Positions 32,314 through 56,116 of a stretch of 64,000 nucleotides of DNA are shown here, in pieces. The position numbers and the translations under genes were made by a program. Location: positions 10,845,142-10,909,141 of the forward strand of contig CM119271.1 of the NCBI GenBank assembly GCA_051294375.1. Direction: 5' to 3'. The DNA comes from Paraspadella gotoi. Its lineage: Eukaryota > Animalia > Chaetognatha. The notes beneath the pieces were generated by a model that was not told the origin of the DNA, ran no database searches, and saw nothing but the letters and a program-made list of their open reading frames with translations. Position 1 is the stretch's first letter. Every line of letters begins with the position of its first letter.

Positions 32314-32870
32314 CTAAAAAGTACTTGGTAATTCATCGCTAATTTAAGTTAAAATTATTCATCAACACCAAATGAAAAGCAAATAGACACAGAAAACTGA
32401 CACAGTGGTTCAAACTTGAGAAATTTTGATAATTCTATACGGTGACACTGTGGATACTGAAAGATTCAAAATACATCAAAACAATCAAAGATGCTATTTT
32501 GTTTTCAAATAAACTAAGTATGTACAAACCAATGATGCTTAATTTATTTAAACTTCTGGAAAAGGAACGAATCAATGAATAGGGAAAAAAAGGGAAGTGT
32601 AAGCGAAGTCACATCAAATACGAGTTCTTGCATTTTTTTTTCACCTAATACTATGAAATATCAAAACAATACATAAGCCTTACTACTGGAGTTAATACGA
32701 GGCAATTATTGATAGGTTGATAGAATGAAGTTTTAATTTTTTTTTTGACAATATTGAAAACTGCACTTCGTGCAACTCATCGAGAAATGCCTTTATTTAT
32801 CACCATCGCATGATACGTCTAAATCTGTTCTATTTTATATACTATTTTGTATCGAAACATGAACAAACAC

Positions 32871-35035
32871 TCAACGAGCGCCCATCTTGGTGACGAGAGC
32901 CGCAACCGCGGCGACCGCCATGAGACCGAGAGACGCTTCCTTTCTCTCTCCCCCATTGCAAAGCTTCTTCTTGCAGGCGAATCCTTTCTTGGGTTCCTTG
33001 TGTTTGAGAATGTTCTTGATGACGTTGCCCGGCGGACAGGATGCGTCGAAGACTTTGACGACCTCTTGGAACTTCTTCTTGAGATCGTTGGAGACGTGGG
33101 TGGAGGTCATGTACTCCCGGGTCTTCTTGCACCTTTGGGATGCGAGGAAGGGGGGGAGTATAAGGGGGGAGTAATGGGAGTAAGGGTCGTGAATGTGATA
33201 GATTTTGAAATGAATTGTGAGCGATTGAAATCATCAGGGTTTGGCGGGCACAGTTAAAAGATTAAAAGATTATATTAATATTAAGGTAGTTTATATCAAA
33301 TCAAATCACATTTATAACTTCATTTCCTCACATTTTGCTCTCCTTGACGAACTCCTTCTCCGTGCCGCCAGGGGCGCAGCCTCGGATCGTCAGGCTCCCG
33401 CCGAAGTTGGCTTTGGTGCAGAAGTTTCCCAAGGCGCAAGTGACTGGAGCCGAGTTGCATTTCTCTGTCGGGCGGAAGAGATGGGGGGCGGAGGAGGAGG
33501 AAAAGACAAAATAGAAAAGTGATGAGCTTATATGAAATATATATATATATGAAATTGGTACAACCAATATAAAAACATCCGTTCTTTTAATAAATAAGAT
33601 GCTCTGCCCCTGATTTGGAAAGGCTTTGGCGGTTTAACTGCTCCATCACTCTTACAATATATATGTGTTTTACTCGTTTACAGCAAATAGTTGAAACAGT
33701 ACATTCAACATTGACAACTGTTGTATGTCTATTGTCCCGTTGTCCATTCTCATCGCTCGAGATCGAAAACAAATGAGCATCGCGTCGAAATCGATCGATG
33801 AGCTGAACTTTTATTTAGAAATATTTTTTTTGAGATATCAAAATCGAGTTTGAATGTTTTTTTCCCCCTTTCAACTTTTTTTGAAAAGTCAGATTAACCT
33901 GAATGTGTCTGATGTACGTACTGTGAGCATGAAGCTTTTCGGCTTTTGTCCGTCCTTGGCTCTCAAGGATCTGCTTTATTCATTTTTTTTATTGATGTTA
34001 TTGCTCTTTCGGTTTAATTTACGTTTTTGTACTTTTGAACAGATTCGACCGCGTCGTCGTCGTCGTCGTCGTCATCGTCGTCGTCGTCGTAATGATTGGT
34101 CGGTTGAAAAATTTTATTGTAATGTTTTATTGTAAAAAGAAGTTTATTATCACCAACCGTCATTTGAAAGAAATAAAAAAAAATAAATAAAAGGAAAAAA
34201 TAATGATGAAATTTATGATTAAGAAAACGTCGAATTTGGGATCAAGTGCAGTATTTTTTTTCTTTTATAGAAAACCAATATTTCGATCTTATTTGACAGA
34301 TCATCGTTCAGGGTAAGAGTGAAGTGAGTAGAAGAAGAGAGCTAAGGAAAAGAGAGAGAGATAGAGAGAGAGAGAGAACAGGTGAGAGTCAGACAATACA
34401 ACAGGGATGAAATTTTTTTTTGATGCTAGTGCTAGTACAATATAGTATTCCCCGTTCTAATACAATTGAAACATTCTTTTAAATAATATACTATACTTCA
34501 TTGATACGGAAGCAATGTAGCCTAGGTACTCTGGGAGTGAATGAACGAGACTTTGAGAGAGTCTTGATTGAAAGCTTGCAAGGACCTGCCATGTAATTAT
34601 CTTGTAGGCGTGATGGAGGCCTTAAACCACCAAAGCCCGTCCAAAGTCAGGACATTTATTGAATGAATGGATACTTTTTATATTTGAAGGATCAATTTAA
34701 AAAAAAAATATTCAATTTACTAGACCCAAGATGATGCTTATTTTCGAGCTTACCCACGGTGGCCGGGTGATACGCCATTTTGAACCTACTCATGCCCCAA
34801 TTCGAATGCCGGATAATACTTTCCGGAAAACTCTGTTTTAGTGCCCGATTTGAACTTACTCGTTCCCCAATTTGGCTGCCGGAATATGCTCTCCTCGAAA
34901 CTTACCCACGCCCCAATTGGGATGCCTCGTGATGCATTGATGACACTGAATTCCCAGCGGCGTCGATTTCGCGTCGACGGCTGCGGCGACGACGACGACG
35001 ACGACGAAAGCGACGATCCCGGCTCGCGGCGACAT
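32871..35035 (-). CDS. Ly6/uPAR (three-finger, quiver/sleepless-like) protein with signal peptide and probable GPI signal, about 174 aa
   Basis: Phase-compatible exons 35035-34906 (MSPRAGIVAFVVVVVVAAAVDAKSTPLGIQCHQC...), 33464-33332 (KCNSAPVTCALGNFCTKANFGGSLTIRGC...) and 33132-32871 (CKKTREY...FACKKKLCNGG...LGLMAVAAVAALVTKMGAR*). It has a CxxC start, an RGC motif, a CxxxxCN end, 10 Cys and a hydrophobic tail. Confidence 0.8.
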
Positions 35036-35138
35036 TTTGAAGCAGAAAAAAAAAGTTTGGGATTAAAAATTTGAGAAATCGATTTTGTCGAAAAAAAGTT
35101 TGATGCGCGGCCTTCTGCGAACGATGGAGAAGGCTCGT

Positions 35139-35220
<82 letters not shown>

Positions 35221-37107
35221 CAGAGAAAGAGAGAGAGAGCCAATGAAGAAGCGTTCAAGTTAGAGAATCAGGAAGTTTTTTTTATTTCAGTTGGTTTAAT
35301 TTTTCATCGTGGTAGGATTGAATTTTCGGAGGAAAAAAATTTATTTTGTTTTCAAGTTGGGCTTGTTGTTATGGTTTCAGTTGTTTATATTGTTGTTATT
35401 GTTTAGATTACGGCCGATGGTATTTCGTTACTCATTTATAAAGTTTACACTAGTTTCAATCAAATCCCGACGACTGATTTAAAAAGAAAAAAAAANNNNN
35501 NNNNNNNNNNNNNNNNNNNNNNNNNNNNNNNNNNNNNNNNNNNNNNNNNNNNNNNNNNNNNNNNNNNNNNNNNNNNNNNNNNNNNNNNNNNNNNNNNNNN
35601 NNNNNNNNNNNNNNNNNNNNNNNNNNNNNNNNNNNNNNNNNNNNNNNNNNNNNNNNNNNNNNNNNNNNNNNNNNNNNNNNNNNNNNNNNNNNNNNNNNNN
35701 NNNNNNNNNNNNNNNNNNNNNNNNNNNNNNCGAATTTTGGAGGGAAAAAAGGGAAAGGATTGGATTTGGATTCATCTGTTTAAGTTGATCAGTTTTGAAT
35801 ATTACGATTCAGATTCGTTTTACATCGATAGCACGTCTAATCGCTAATAAATAATGATCAACAATCGATAATATATTTCATATTCAGCTCTAGTTAGCAA
35901 AGCTTGTTATTCGACAAATTAAACTTTTTTTTAAATGTTTACAATTTTGTTCGATCTCGTGTTTCGCAAAGAGCGATTCTCATGATTTTCGAGAAGCCAA
36001 ACCGAGAATTTGTGATAAAAAAAAATGTTTATTTTAGCCAAAGAAAAAAAAATGAAGGAAAAATCTAAAGTTCCAAAAACTTAAAGGAATTTTTTTCCCC
36101 ATTTTCTTGTATTTTTAAGACGTTGAGGTTTTTAATTCAATTTGACTTCAGACTAAAAAAGAGAAGAAGATGAGAAAACTGGGATGAGAGAAAAAGGATG
36201 CGAAAAATCTGGACCAACTTTTTTTAATCGCTACTAAATTACGCGTCATAATGTGGGATGGATTTTGAAAATATATAATTTTTATTTTAAGAATGAGTGA
36301 GTTTTGTAATTTACTCTGAGTAAGAAAAAACTCCGTTGGTCCAAATGTCTGATTGTATTTAGGTGACGGTTTAACTCTTTATAATTTTCCCTGATGAAAA
36401 AATATGCTAGTGTGGAGTTTAATTCAGTATTCTCTGATCTATTACCTAAGGAAGTGATTCAATTTCTTTGACAAATAGACCAGGTTCTCTTGGAGTGAAT
36501 AAACTAGACTGTGATAGAGTCTTGATGGAAAGCCTGAAGGGACTTGCTATGTTATTATCTTGTAAGAGTGATGAAGGCCTCAACCCACCATAGCCTGTCC
36601 TAAATCTTGTTCATTGAATGAATGATTAATTATTGTATGCAGTTGTACCAATTTCATAAAAACTGCACGTCCAATGTATTTTCAACTCGTTTCCATGGCG
36701 ACCGAACCTATTCCAATTATCAAACTCGGTCAAATCGATTCTAGAAACAAATTGCTTCCCTCTTTCCAACCTGTAAGTCGATCGAGCGACATCTTTCGAG
36801 AAAACAAAATTTATATATAGTTTCTTCGATCGATGAAACAAAAGAGCATCGATCGATCGTTTATCAAACTAAACTTGTTTTTCTTTTCAATTTCGTTTCG
36901 ATTTTTTTTTTAAAATTGGATCTCGTCAGCGTAGCGTATCGCTTTTTGTCCGATTTTGTTTTCGCTACGCTTTGTTTTCAATTTTTTTGACAAGCCATTT
37001 TCATACAGAGATATTCCTCTGTGAGACGTCTCCTGGAGCTTTGAACCTTCTTTGTTTGAATTCTTGATAAGCTTGGTTTTTTTTGTTTTTTTTTTGTTTT
37101 TGAGAGA

Positions 37108-37168
<61 letters not shown>

Positions 37169-37724
37169 TTTCACTCGATTCACCTAAATTGGTGGGAAAA
37201 GTTCTATTCACTTGTCAATTTTTAACCAAATTACGTAAATTCAGGTTTTGAAGAATGAGGTAAAAAAAAACCAACAATTTTCTTTGTTATCCGTTTTTTT
37301 TTTATCAATAATTATTAATATTTTTATCTTGTTTTTCCTTTTTTTCATTAAAAAATAAATTTGACGCGATGTAATGGTTAGTTCTTAACCACTAGCACTA
37401 TCATTGATTTATCATCCCTTTTAATCATCACTATTTGCAAATAATTACGGATTTTCTCTTTATTTTGTTGTTCCCTATTTTTAGATTTGAGCAATTTTGT
37501 ATCATTAAACTTGTTCGTTAATCGTTGAGTAAAAAAGGTATTCCTATTAATTGTTTCTTTTTTTTTGGGTTTTCCTATGATTGCCGGTACGGGTATAAAT
37601 TTAATTTGAATTAGGAAACGAGTTACTCGCAAAGCGTTAGATCGACAGTTCGATAAGGTGCCTCATTACGAGAGATAGAAAGATAGTAGAAAAGAAAGAA
37701 CAAAAGATGGAAAGAAAAGATAGA

Positions 37725-37817
<93 letters not shown>

Positions 37818-38305
37818 TTCTGTTTAAAAAAGAATAAAAAAAAAAAATTGAAGACTGGGAGACGAGATTCTCCGTTGAAAATTTTTAATCCAGTTTTTAA
37901 ATCGCGCCGCGAGTACTCGCGTAGAAAAGCTATAAGATACTTGGGTGTTGGTCGGTCGGTCCGTCTGTCTGATGTTTAATTTCTCTCATGTATGTATATA
38001 TTTTTTATCAACTTTTTTACGAGGAATCTGAATCTGTTCTCAGAGTTAAAAAAAAAAATATTTTCAAATTTTGACATTATATAATGGCAGATATCTGCCG
38101 TGTTGTTAAAACTTTTTTGTGGAAATGTTATATATTATGTATATATATGACATATTATCTGCGTCGTCACGTGAATTCCTCGTGACGCGATCACGTGACA
38201 AGAAAAATAAAAATCTACGCGACGCCTCCAAATTTCCTTTCCTCTTTCCGGAGAAATTAATGGCAAAAACTACTCTGCGTTTCTCGACAAAGAAATAAAG
38301 AACCC

Positions 38306-38421
<116 letters not shown>

Positions 38422-39193
38422 TCATCCGTTTTTTAAATTTAGAAAATTTCCGAGAATGGAAAGAAACATTATTTAACTTTAAAAAAAAAAGTTACACAAA
38501 AATATATATATAACGACAAATCATAATCCATGCCAAATTTCTTTTTTATTTTTATTTTGGGAAAAATAAAATCTTAAAATAAAACAAAAAATTACGAAAC
38601 AGGCTCACCTAATAATAACAAACAAAAAATCCACTGCGCACAAAAGTCGTTTCGCAAAGAAAGAATCAAATTGTAAAATTCCCGTCGACATTAACGACTT
38701 TGCGCTCCTTAATTAACGAAAAAACCTTTTTTCTTCTTTTTTTTGGGGGGCGATTTATGATTTCAATTTATGTTTTTGGAATAACTATTTTCTTTTCAGT
38801 CGACTACTTTGTCACTTTATAAACTTCTTCCCGCGCCTAATTTGTGGGGGAGGTGAGGCTTTGTCAAGTATCGGACACTCGACGAATACAAATTTATCAA
38901 TAAGAAAAAAACGAAAAAAAAGTTTAAAAGCTTTCGTTTCTTCGCGATTTTACGGCTGATAAAGGCTCGTTACAAGCGCTTGCTTGTTTGTATTTGTAGT
39001 TGGATGTTTAAATTTTCAAGCTTCGTAATTCGTCCTAGAAAAAAAAACAAAAACAAAAACAAAAAACAAAAAAAAACAAAACAAAACTGTAAACAACCTG
39101 CCTTTCGATTAATTGTTAATTCTTTTTATTCCGACCGGTTTTTTTTTCATTTCGGCAACGACGACAACAACAACAACAACAACGACGACGACA

Positions 39194-50425
<11,232 letters not shown>

Positions 50426-50718
50426 TTGCTGAAGGTGGTGAGGCTTGACGAAATGCTAGCAATTAAAACCGGATCATTTGTAACGTTTAACCAATTTATA
50501 TTAACGGAGATTGATAAATAGTAAGCCTTGGCATTTAGCAATTGGATTTAATTGTATTGTATATCCGGCTTCGTCTAAGCTTTTTTTTTTATGTATTAAC
50601 ATAAAAACAAAAACAGTGGCAGTCTCAGCTTTTAAACTAATGCTTTTACTAATGCATTAAGTGTAACTCTCAGGATTTTAAGTTTTTTTTTAATTTTTTT
50701 TTTTCGCATTCAACCATC

Positions 50719-51094
50719 GAAGGTGGAATCGAAATCAAACCGGATCGGCGACTTGGGTGAATATAACCAAGTACTCTCTGATTGGTTGAGCCGGCATCGG
50801 AATGGACCAATGAGAAGATGGGCTTCATGCCATCGGGAAAGACAGCTCGTGTCGATGATCCAATTGCAAGAAGGCAAAGAACGGTGTGAGACAGATGAAA
50901 TCAATGTGGATACAATCGGTATTTATAAATTGCAATCGGATCATCGACACGGGCTCTCTTTCCCGATGGCATGAAGCCCCTCTTCTCATTGGTCCATTCC
51001 GATGCCGGCTCAACTAATCAGAGAGTCCTTGGTTTGATTCCTATTTAATTCCGATTCGATTTAGATTCCGTTCCTTGATTCCGATTCCACCTTC
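50719..51094. mobile_element. MITE-like long inverted repeat (arms about 150 bp, spacer about 60 bp)
   Basis: gaaggtggaatcg...ttgagccggcatcggaatggaccaatgagaaga...gatccaattgcaa is mirrored by ttgcaatcggatc...tcttctcattggtccattccgatgccggctcaa...cgattccaccttc. No clear TSD. Confidence 0.75.
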
Positions 51095-52533
51095 CATGCA
51101 ACACTGAATACTAATTTTATTCAGTCTCGAATCTCAGCTTTGGTTGTACTAACGGAATTGTATTTTCGTTCGCGTTTAAACATTGCAATTTCCAACGCAC
51201 AAGAATCTCACTGTTAAGCATTGTAATTTTTACGTTCACCCGTTTAAAATTTTGTTCAACCTTTGTTAAAAATATAATTTTATGCAAAAGAATTTGAATT
51301 TTTAAAATAATAAACAAGAGAACAGGTTCAGAGATGTCGTTACCAAAATCCGCCAACCTGGAAAACATTTTTTTGAAATCTGAAATCTTACATTTTCTTA
51401 TATGACAAAATCGTTATTAAATTTTTAAATAAAAGTAAGTTTTAATAAAAATTGGACTATAATGGTAACTCATTGGAACCGTGTGATGCCCCATCCCAAT
51501 GGGCATCACAGGCAACCCGGCTGTTGCCATAACATTACCTATTTACCTTAACATTTTTTTGACAAAAATACAAAGTATATCATTCCAAAAGCATTCTTAT
51601 ACTTTAAATAAGCGTGTTCATAATAATTTTATCAGGCATTTTTTAGAATGGGATTAAGCAATAAAAATACGGGGGTGGGCTGAGTTCTTGTCGCAGGCGC
51701 TGTTGATGTCGTTTTAATTCCGTACAAGAGCGTGGTTGCCGATGTTTAAAATGACGTTTAAAATGTGGAAAATGACGTGTCCGCACTTGTCCTTACAGGA
51801 AATCCTTATCCCGGGTTCTCGTATTTAATTAATATTAAATCTGAAATGAGAACAAGAAATATTGGAACAAGGGTAACTGTAGTATCCACTAATTAAATTT
51901 ACTCAGTATCACTTTTTGTATGCAGTAGAATCTTTGGCACCACAAGTCTGGAGTTGTTCAGCCTTCAAGTCTCTACGGAAATTATTTTGACCCTTAAGTC
52001 CGATGGGACTTTTAACCACCTTCGTCTTTAAAGACTATTATAATTTGGGACTTAAGTCTCTCCTGGACTTGAACGTTTTCAGTCTCTCTGCTGTTGCTAA
52101 AGCTACTTTAATTAGATAAGCTCATTAGAATTCTATCTGGTTTCGCTTTTGCCTAAGCCAATTCAATTAGATAAGCCTATAAGAATAATGTCTGCATTTG
52201 CTCTTGCTTTCGCTAAAGATTAGTCTCATTATTAACTGCTCTTCTTCAAGCAAAAGCTAACGCTTATTAATGAAATCATCAGTTATTCTATCATAAATAA
52301 ATTACTAATAAAAAAGTACCTACCTGATTTTTTATTACACAAAGAAAAATTTATAAAATGTACATAGAAATATATATAGAATTCACCAAAATATAAAAAA
52401 ATATGGACAAATACTGAAAGATTTTGTGACCTCGCGTCCGGTCATTTTTTCCCGAGCATATGAGTTGACCTTTTCTGACTAGTCTTTTTTCACAGCTTTT
52501 TTCATCGTCACTTGTTATTCGATCAAAACCGTT

Positions 52534-53510
52534 TCATCCACATCTGCCATTGTGCCAGAATCCTTTGATGTCGTCAATCCATTTCGGCGCCAGCTTCTCG
52601 TCGTTCAAAGACGCGCAGAGTTGACAGAAAGCGGTGTTGTTGTGAGCGTTCGGGTGAGAGAGGACGTAAAAATCTCTTCTCCACTCGTGGTACTTCATGT
52701 AGAGCTCGTCGTTCCCATCGAGCATCTTGAGATACGCCGCCAACCTTTCCGGAGTGAAGCGTCGAGCGTCTATGAAAGAATTCGGAGGCACGACGGCCGA
52801 ATAGTTGGCCGCGCCGAAAACGATTGGCACCATCGTCCATTTCGCGAAAACGTTCCACAGTTTCTCCGTCACGTAATCCTGACACAGGGAGTTTTCAAAG
52901 GAGAGGAAAAACTTGTATTTCTTGTTAACCTCCGGCATGCAATTGTCACACCGTAGGCTTCCGCAGCGGCCGTAGGCATCGACCGGGAGGTGCTTTCGAA
53001 GCGCATCGACGTAATCTTCTCGGCGACTTGGGGTTGGGCAGTGAGAAGATACCCACGCGACGATCGAAGGGCTCTTCGGCTTGATGAAGACGCTCTTGTC
53101 AATGGGCCGAGGATCTCTCTTCTCCTTGCGGTGAGTCTTTCCGTAAGGAGCGTAAAAATCGCTGTCCTTGAGGTAAGTCATGGTCCAGTTGAACCAACCA
53201 CGGAAGGGAGCCAAGTCTAAACCGGTGAATGGAACCGGCTCTTTGAGGAAAAAAACCCATCTTTGTCTAGGCGGCTTGATTGTCGGCATGTCGTGCGATG
53301 GCACGAGCGAACCGACGGTTTTCTTTTTGGCGATGTTACGAATGTGAAAGATGACTGCGTCGGCTTCCTTCAACCGACTTCTATCGGTGGTCGTTTCGCA
53401 GTTGAGTACTGGACAGCGGTTGTCGGCAAAGGGTTTGCTTCCGAGTCCTAGGCCGTAATAAGGTAGATCGTAGTAAGGAACCCAGAAAAGGATGACCTTG
53501 TTCTTTTTCT

Positions 53511-53547
<37 letters not shown>

Positions 53548-53727
53548 TGTTGTTGTAATGGGCTTGATGGTCTTTATCACCGACAAAGTTTTTTGCAAAA
53601 TGTTTTGCTTTTCTCGATTATTTTGTGATTCTTTTTCGGTAGTGAATTGTTGGTACGCCCCATACAGCAATATCGCGGAGATCATTACGGCAAAGAATTT
53701 TTCGTTGTATTTTCTAAAAATAGACAT
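52534..53727 (-). CDS. Alpha-1,3-fucosyltransferase (GT10), 397 aa, single coding exon; paralog of 45846-47069
   Basis: TM segment FFAVMISAILLYGAY, poly-Thr stem, ADAVIFH, FNWTMTY, AWVSSHC, YKFFLSFENSLCQDYVTEKLW and YMKYHEWR. Colinear with the other copy. Confidence 0.96.
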
Positions 53728-54062
53728 CGTGTCTCGTTAATCGTTTGTTCGTGGAAATTGAGTTTGTATTATTTTTTTTATAGGTTTTTTAAAATGATAT
53801 TTTGCCTAAAGAATAATTATTGAACGATCAATGTGATGAAATTCAATTATGAAATGTTCCTATTTTTAATCCCGCTCACAATTACGAGGTGAAAATTTTA
53901 AATCCGCCCCTAAAAAAAAAAGCTGCCATTTGCAAATCCTTAAAAAAATTTTGTAATATTTAATATTAATTAAAAAGAAAGAGATGAGACTGACTAAGAG
54001 AGCGCGGCCCTGGTTAAGAAGAGAGAGAGAGAGGGGAGAGGTAGAGAGAGAGAGAGAGGGAG

Positions 54063-54104
<42 letters not shown>

Positions 54105-54123
54105 AGGAGAGAGAGAGAAGAGA

Positions 54124-54162
<39 letters not shown>

Positions 54163-55414
54163 GTAACCGGCTTCTCTCGCGACCACACGACAGAGTGACC
54201 AGCTGGGGTCAACCCCGCACATTGTAATATTAATTATTAATTAAAAAGAATTTTATATTATTCGATTCTGATATGCCTTAATGATAGCAGGAAGATAGAT
54301 TTGAAAACCGTCTCTCATTTTTAAATACACTTTTTTTTATATTTTTTTTTCATACTTTCAATAAGATTTCAAAAAATATTTAATTTATATATATATATTT
54401 AATAAATATATATTTAATAAAACTTATCAATACTTTTCTGTTCTGAAATATGAAGAGAATTACGTACTTTGAAAAACTGTTGTAAAAAATTTAGCCTGCC
54501 CAGACTGATTTTAATTTGAATAGTCAAAACGGAAAGAACTTTCAAAAAATAAATAGCTGGAAAACAAATTTAAGATTATTATTAAATTATGATAATTTTA
54601 AATCTTTTTTTTTTTTTAGTCTTTTTCATGATACCCTTATAAATAATATTTTTTTAGATTAAAATAATTTATTTCAAAAACAGATTTAAAATTTTTAATA
54701 ATTAAATTTTAACTTTTTAATTAAACCGGGGCCAGGCAGGTTAATTATTTAGTAAGAGCTTTTGAGGACTTTTAGATGATATTAAGATTGATAACATTTT
54801 ATTTAATACTTTTTAAAAAAATATCAAAAGTTAAAAAAAAAACATTTAAAATTAACAGTGAGTTGGAAAATGAAATCTCATTTTTAAAGCCAACTTTCTA
54901 TACTGATTGTCAAGAAATATCTTAATTGATCAATATGAAATTAATACACATAAATATCTTCGGTATTTTTAAACTAATTTTCAAAATAAATGAAATAAAT
55001 GGTTTGCAAATGGAGGCGTTTTTCTAGCGGCTAATTTAAAATTATCCCCATGTTCGTGGACTGGTCAAAGAAGGATTTCACGGTTCCAAAATAATAGTCC
55101 ATTATCTTCGGAAGCCCGGAACTTAAGGAATAGGCGAATGACTTGTCCGTAACTCCGAAGACGATAGATCCGTTTTACTTGGCCTCCACACTACTTTATA
55201 TCAACACTTTTTTTTCCAATTTATCAATAAGGGCGACCTGGCTGCAACCAGAGGAAGCCACCGCCATCTCGTCCAAGAAATTAAAATGAATTAAAAATGA
55301 AATTGTCTCAAGGATAATCGAAAGAGAAAAGAAACAAACACCGAGAGACTATTGCACAGAGAAAAAAAAAAACCTTCAACGGGAGACTTCCCCTCCCAAA
55401 ACCTGTTTCTTAAT

Positions 55415-55451
<37 letters not shown>

Positions 55452-55865
55452 GCTTCCATGAAACCGGTGAGACCGGTCCTCAACACACTGAAGAGCCGAC
55501 CTGGCCGAGTGTATTTGAGAGAGAGAGAGAGAGAGAGAGAGAAATTTGATTTGATTTGATTTATTCTGCTCATAATAATCAATCACTGGATCGCAGGAGA
55601 GACGTACATGAATATTATGTACATACAAATATCTAAAAAAAAACAAACAAACAATTAAAAATTCATTGAATAAATGAAGGAGGAAAAAAAAAAAGAAAAA
55701 AAAAATCTATAGACAGATCATCTCAAGTATAAGATGGAACCTTTTACGTTTTTTACATTCCATACATTTTCAACGTTATCTTTAGAATTAATTTATCTCA
55801 ATTCAATTTCATTGTCGTCTTCTACAAAGTTTATGTTTTTCCATTTAATTATTTTGTGTGAGAGA

Positions 55866-55897
<32 letters not shown>

Positions 55898-56014
55898 TTT
55901 TCGACAGATTTCGCTTCGTTTAAACAAAGTTTTACTGTATCTATGATACGGGTCGCTCTTAATTATTCTTAATTTTTGTCCCGAGAGCACGCAACGGTCG
56001 CAACTGTTAATTTT

Positions 56015-56048
<34 letters not shown>

Positions 56049-56069
56049 CTCTCTCTCTCTTCTCTCTCT

Positions 56070-56116
<47 letters not shown>

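Noticed and set aside
55040-55275. Moderately GC-rich block with short minus-strand frames
   Set aside because: It has stops, no clear splice sites and no recognisable motif.
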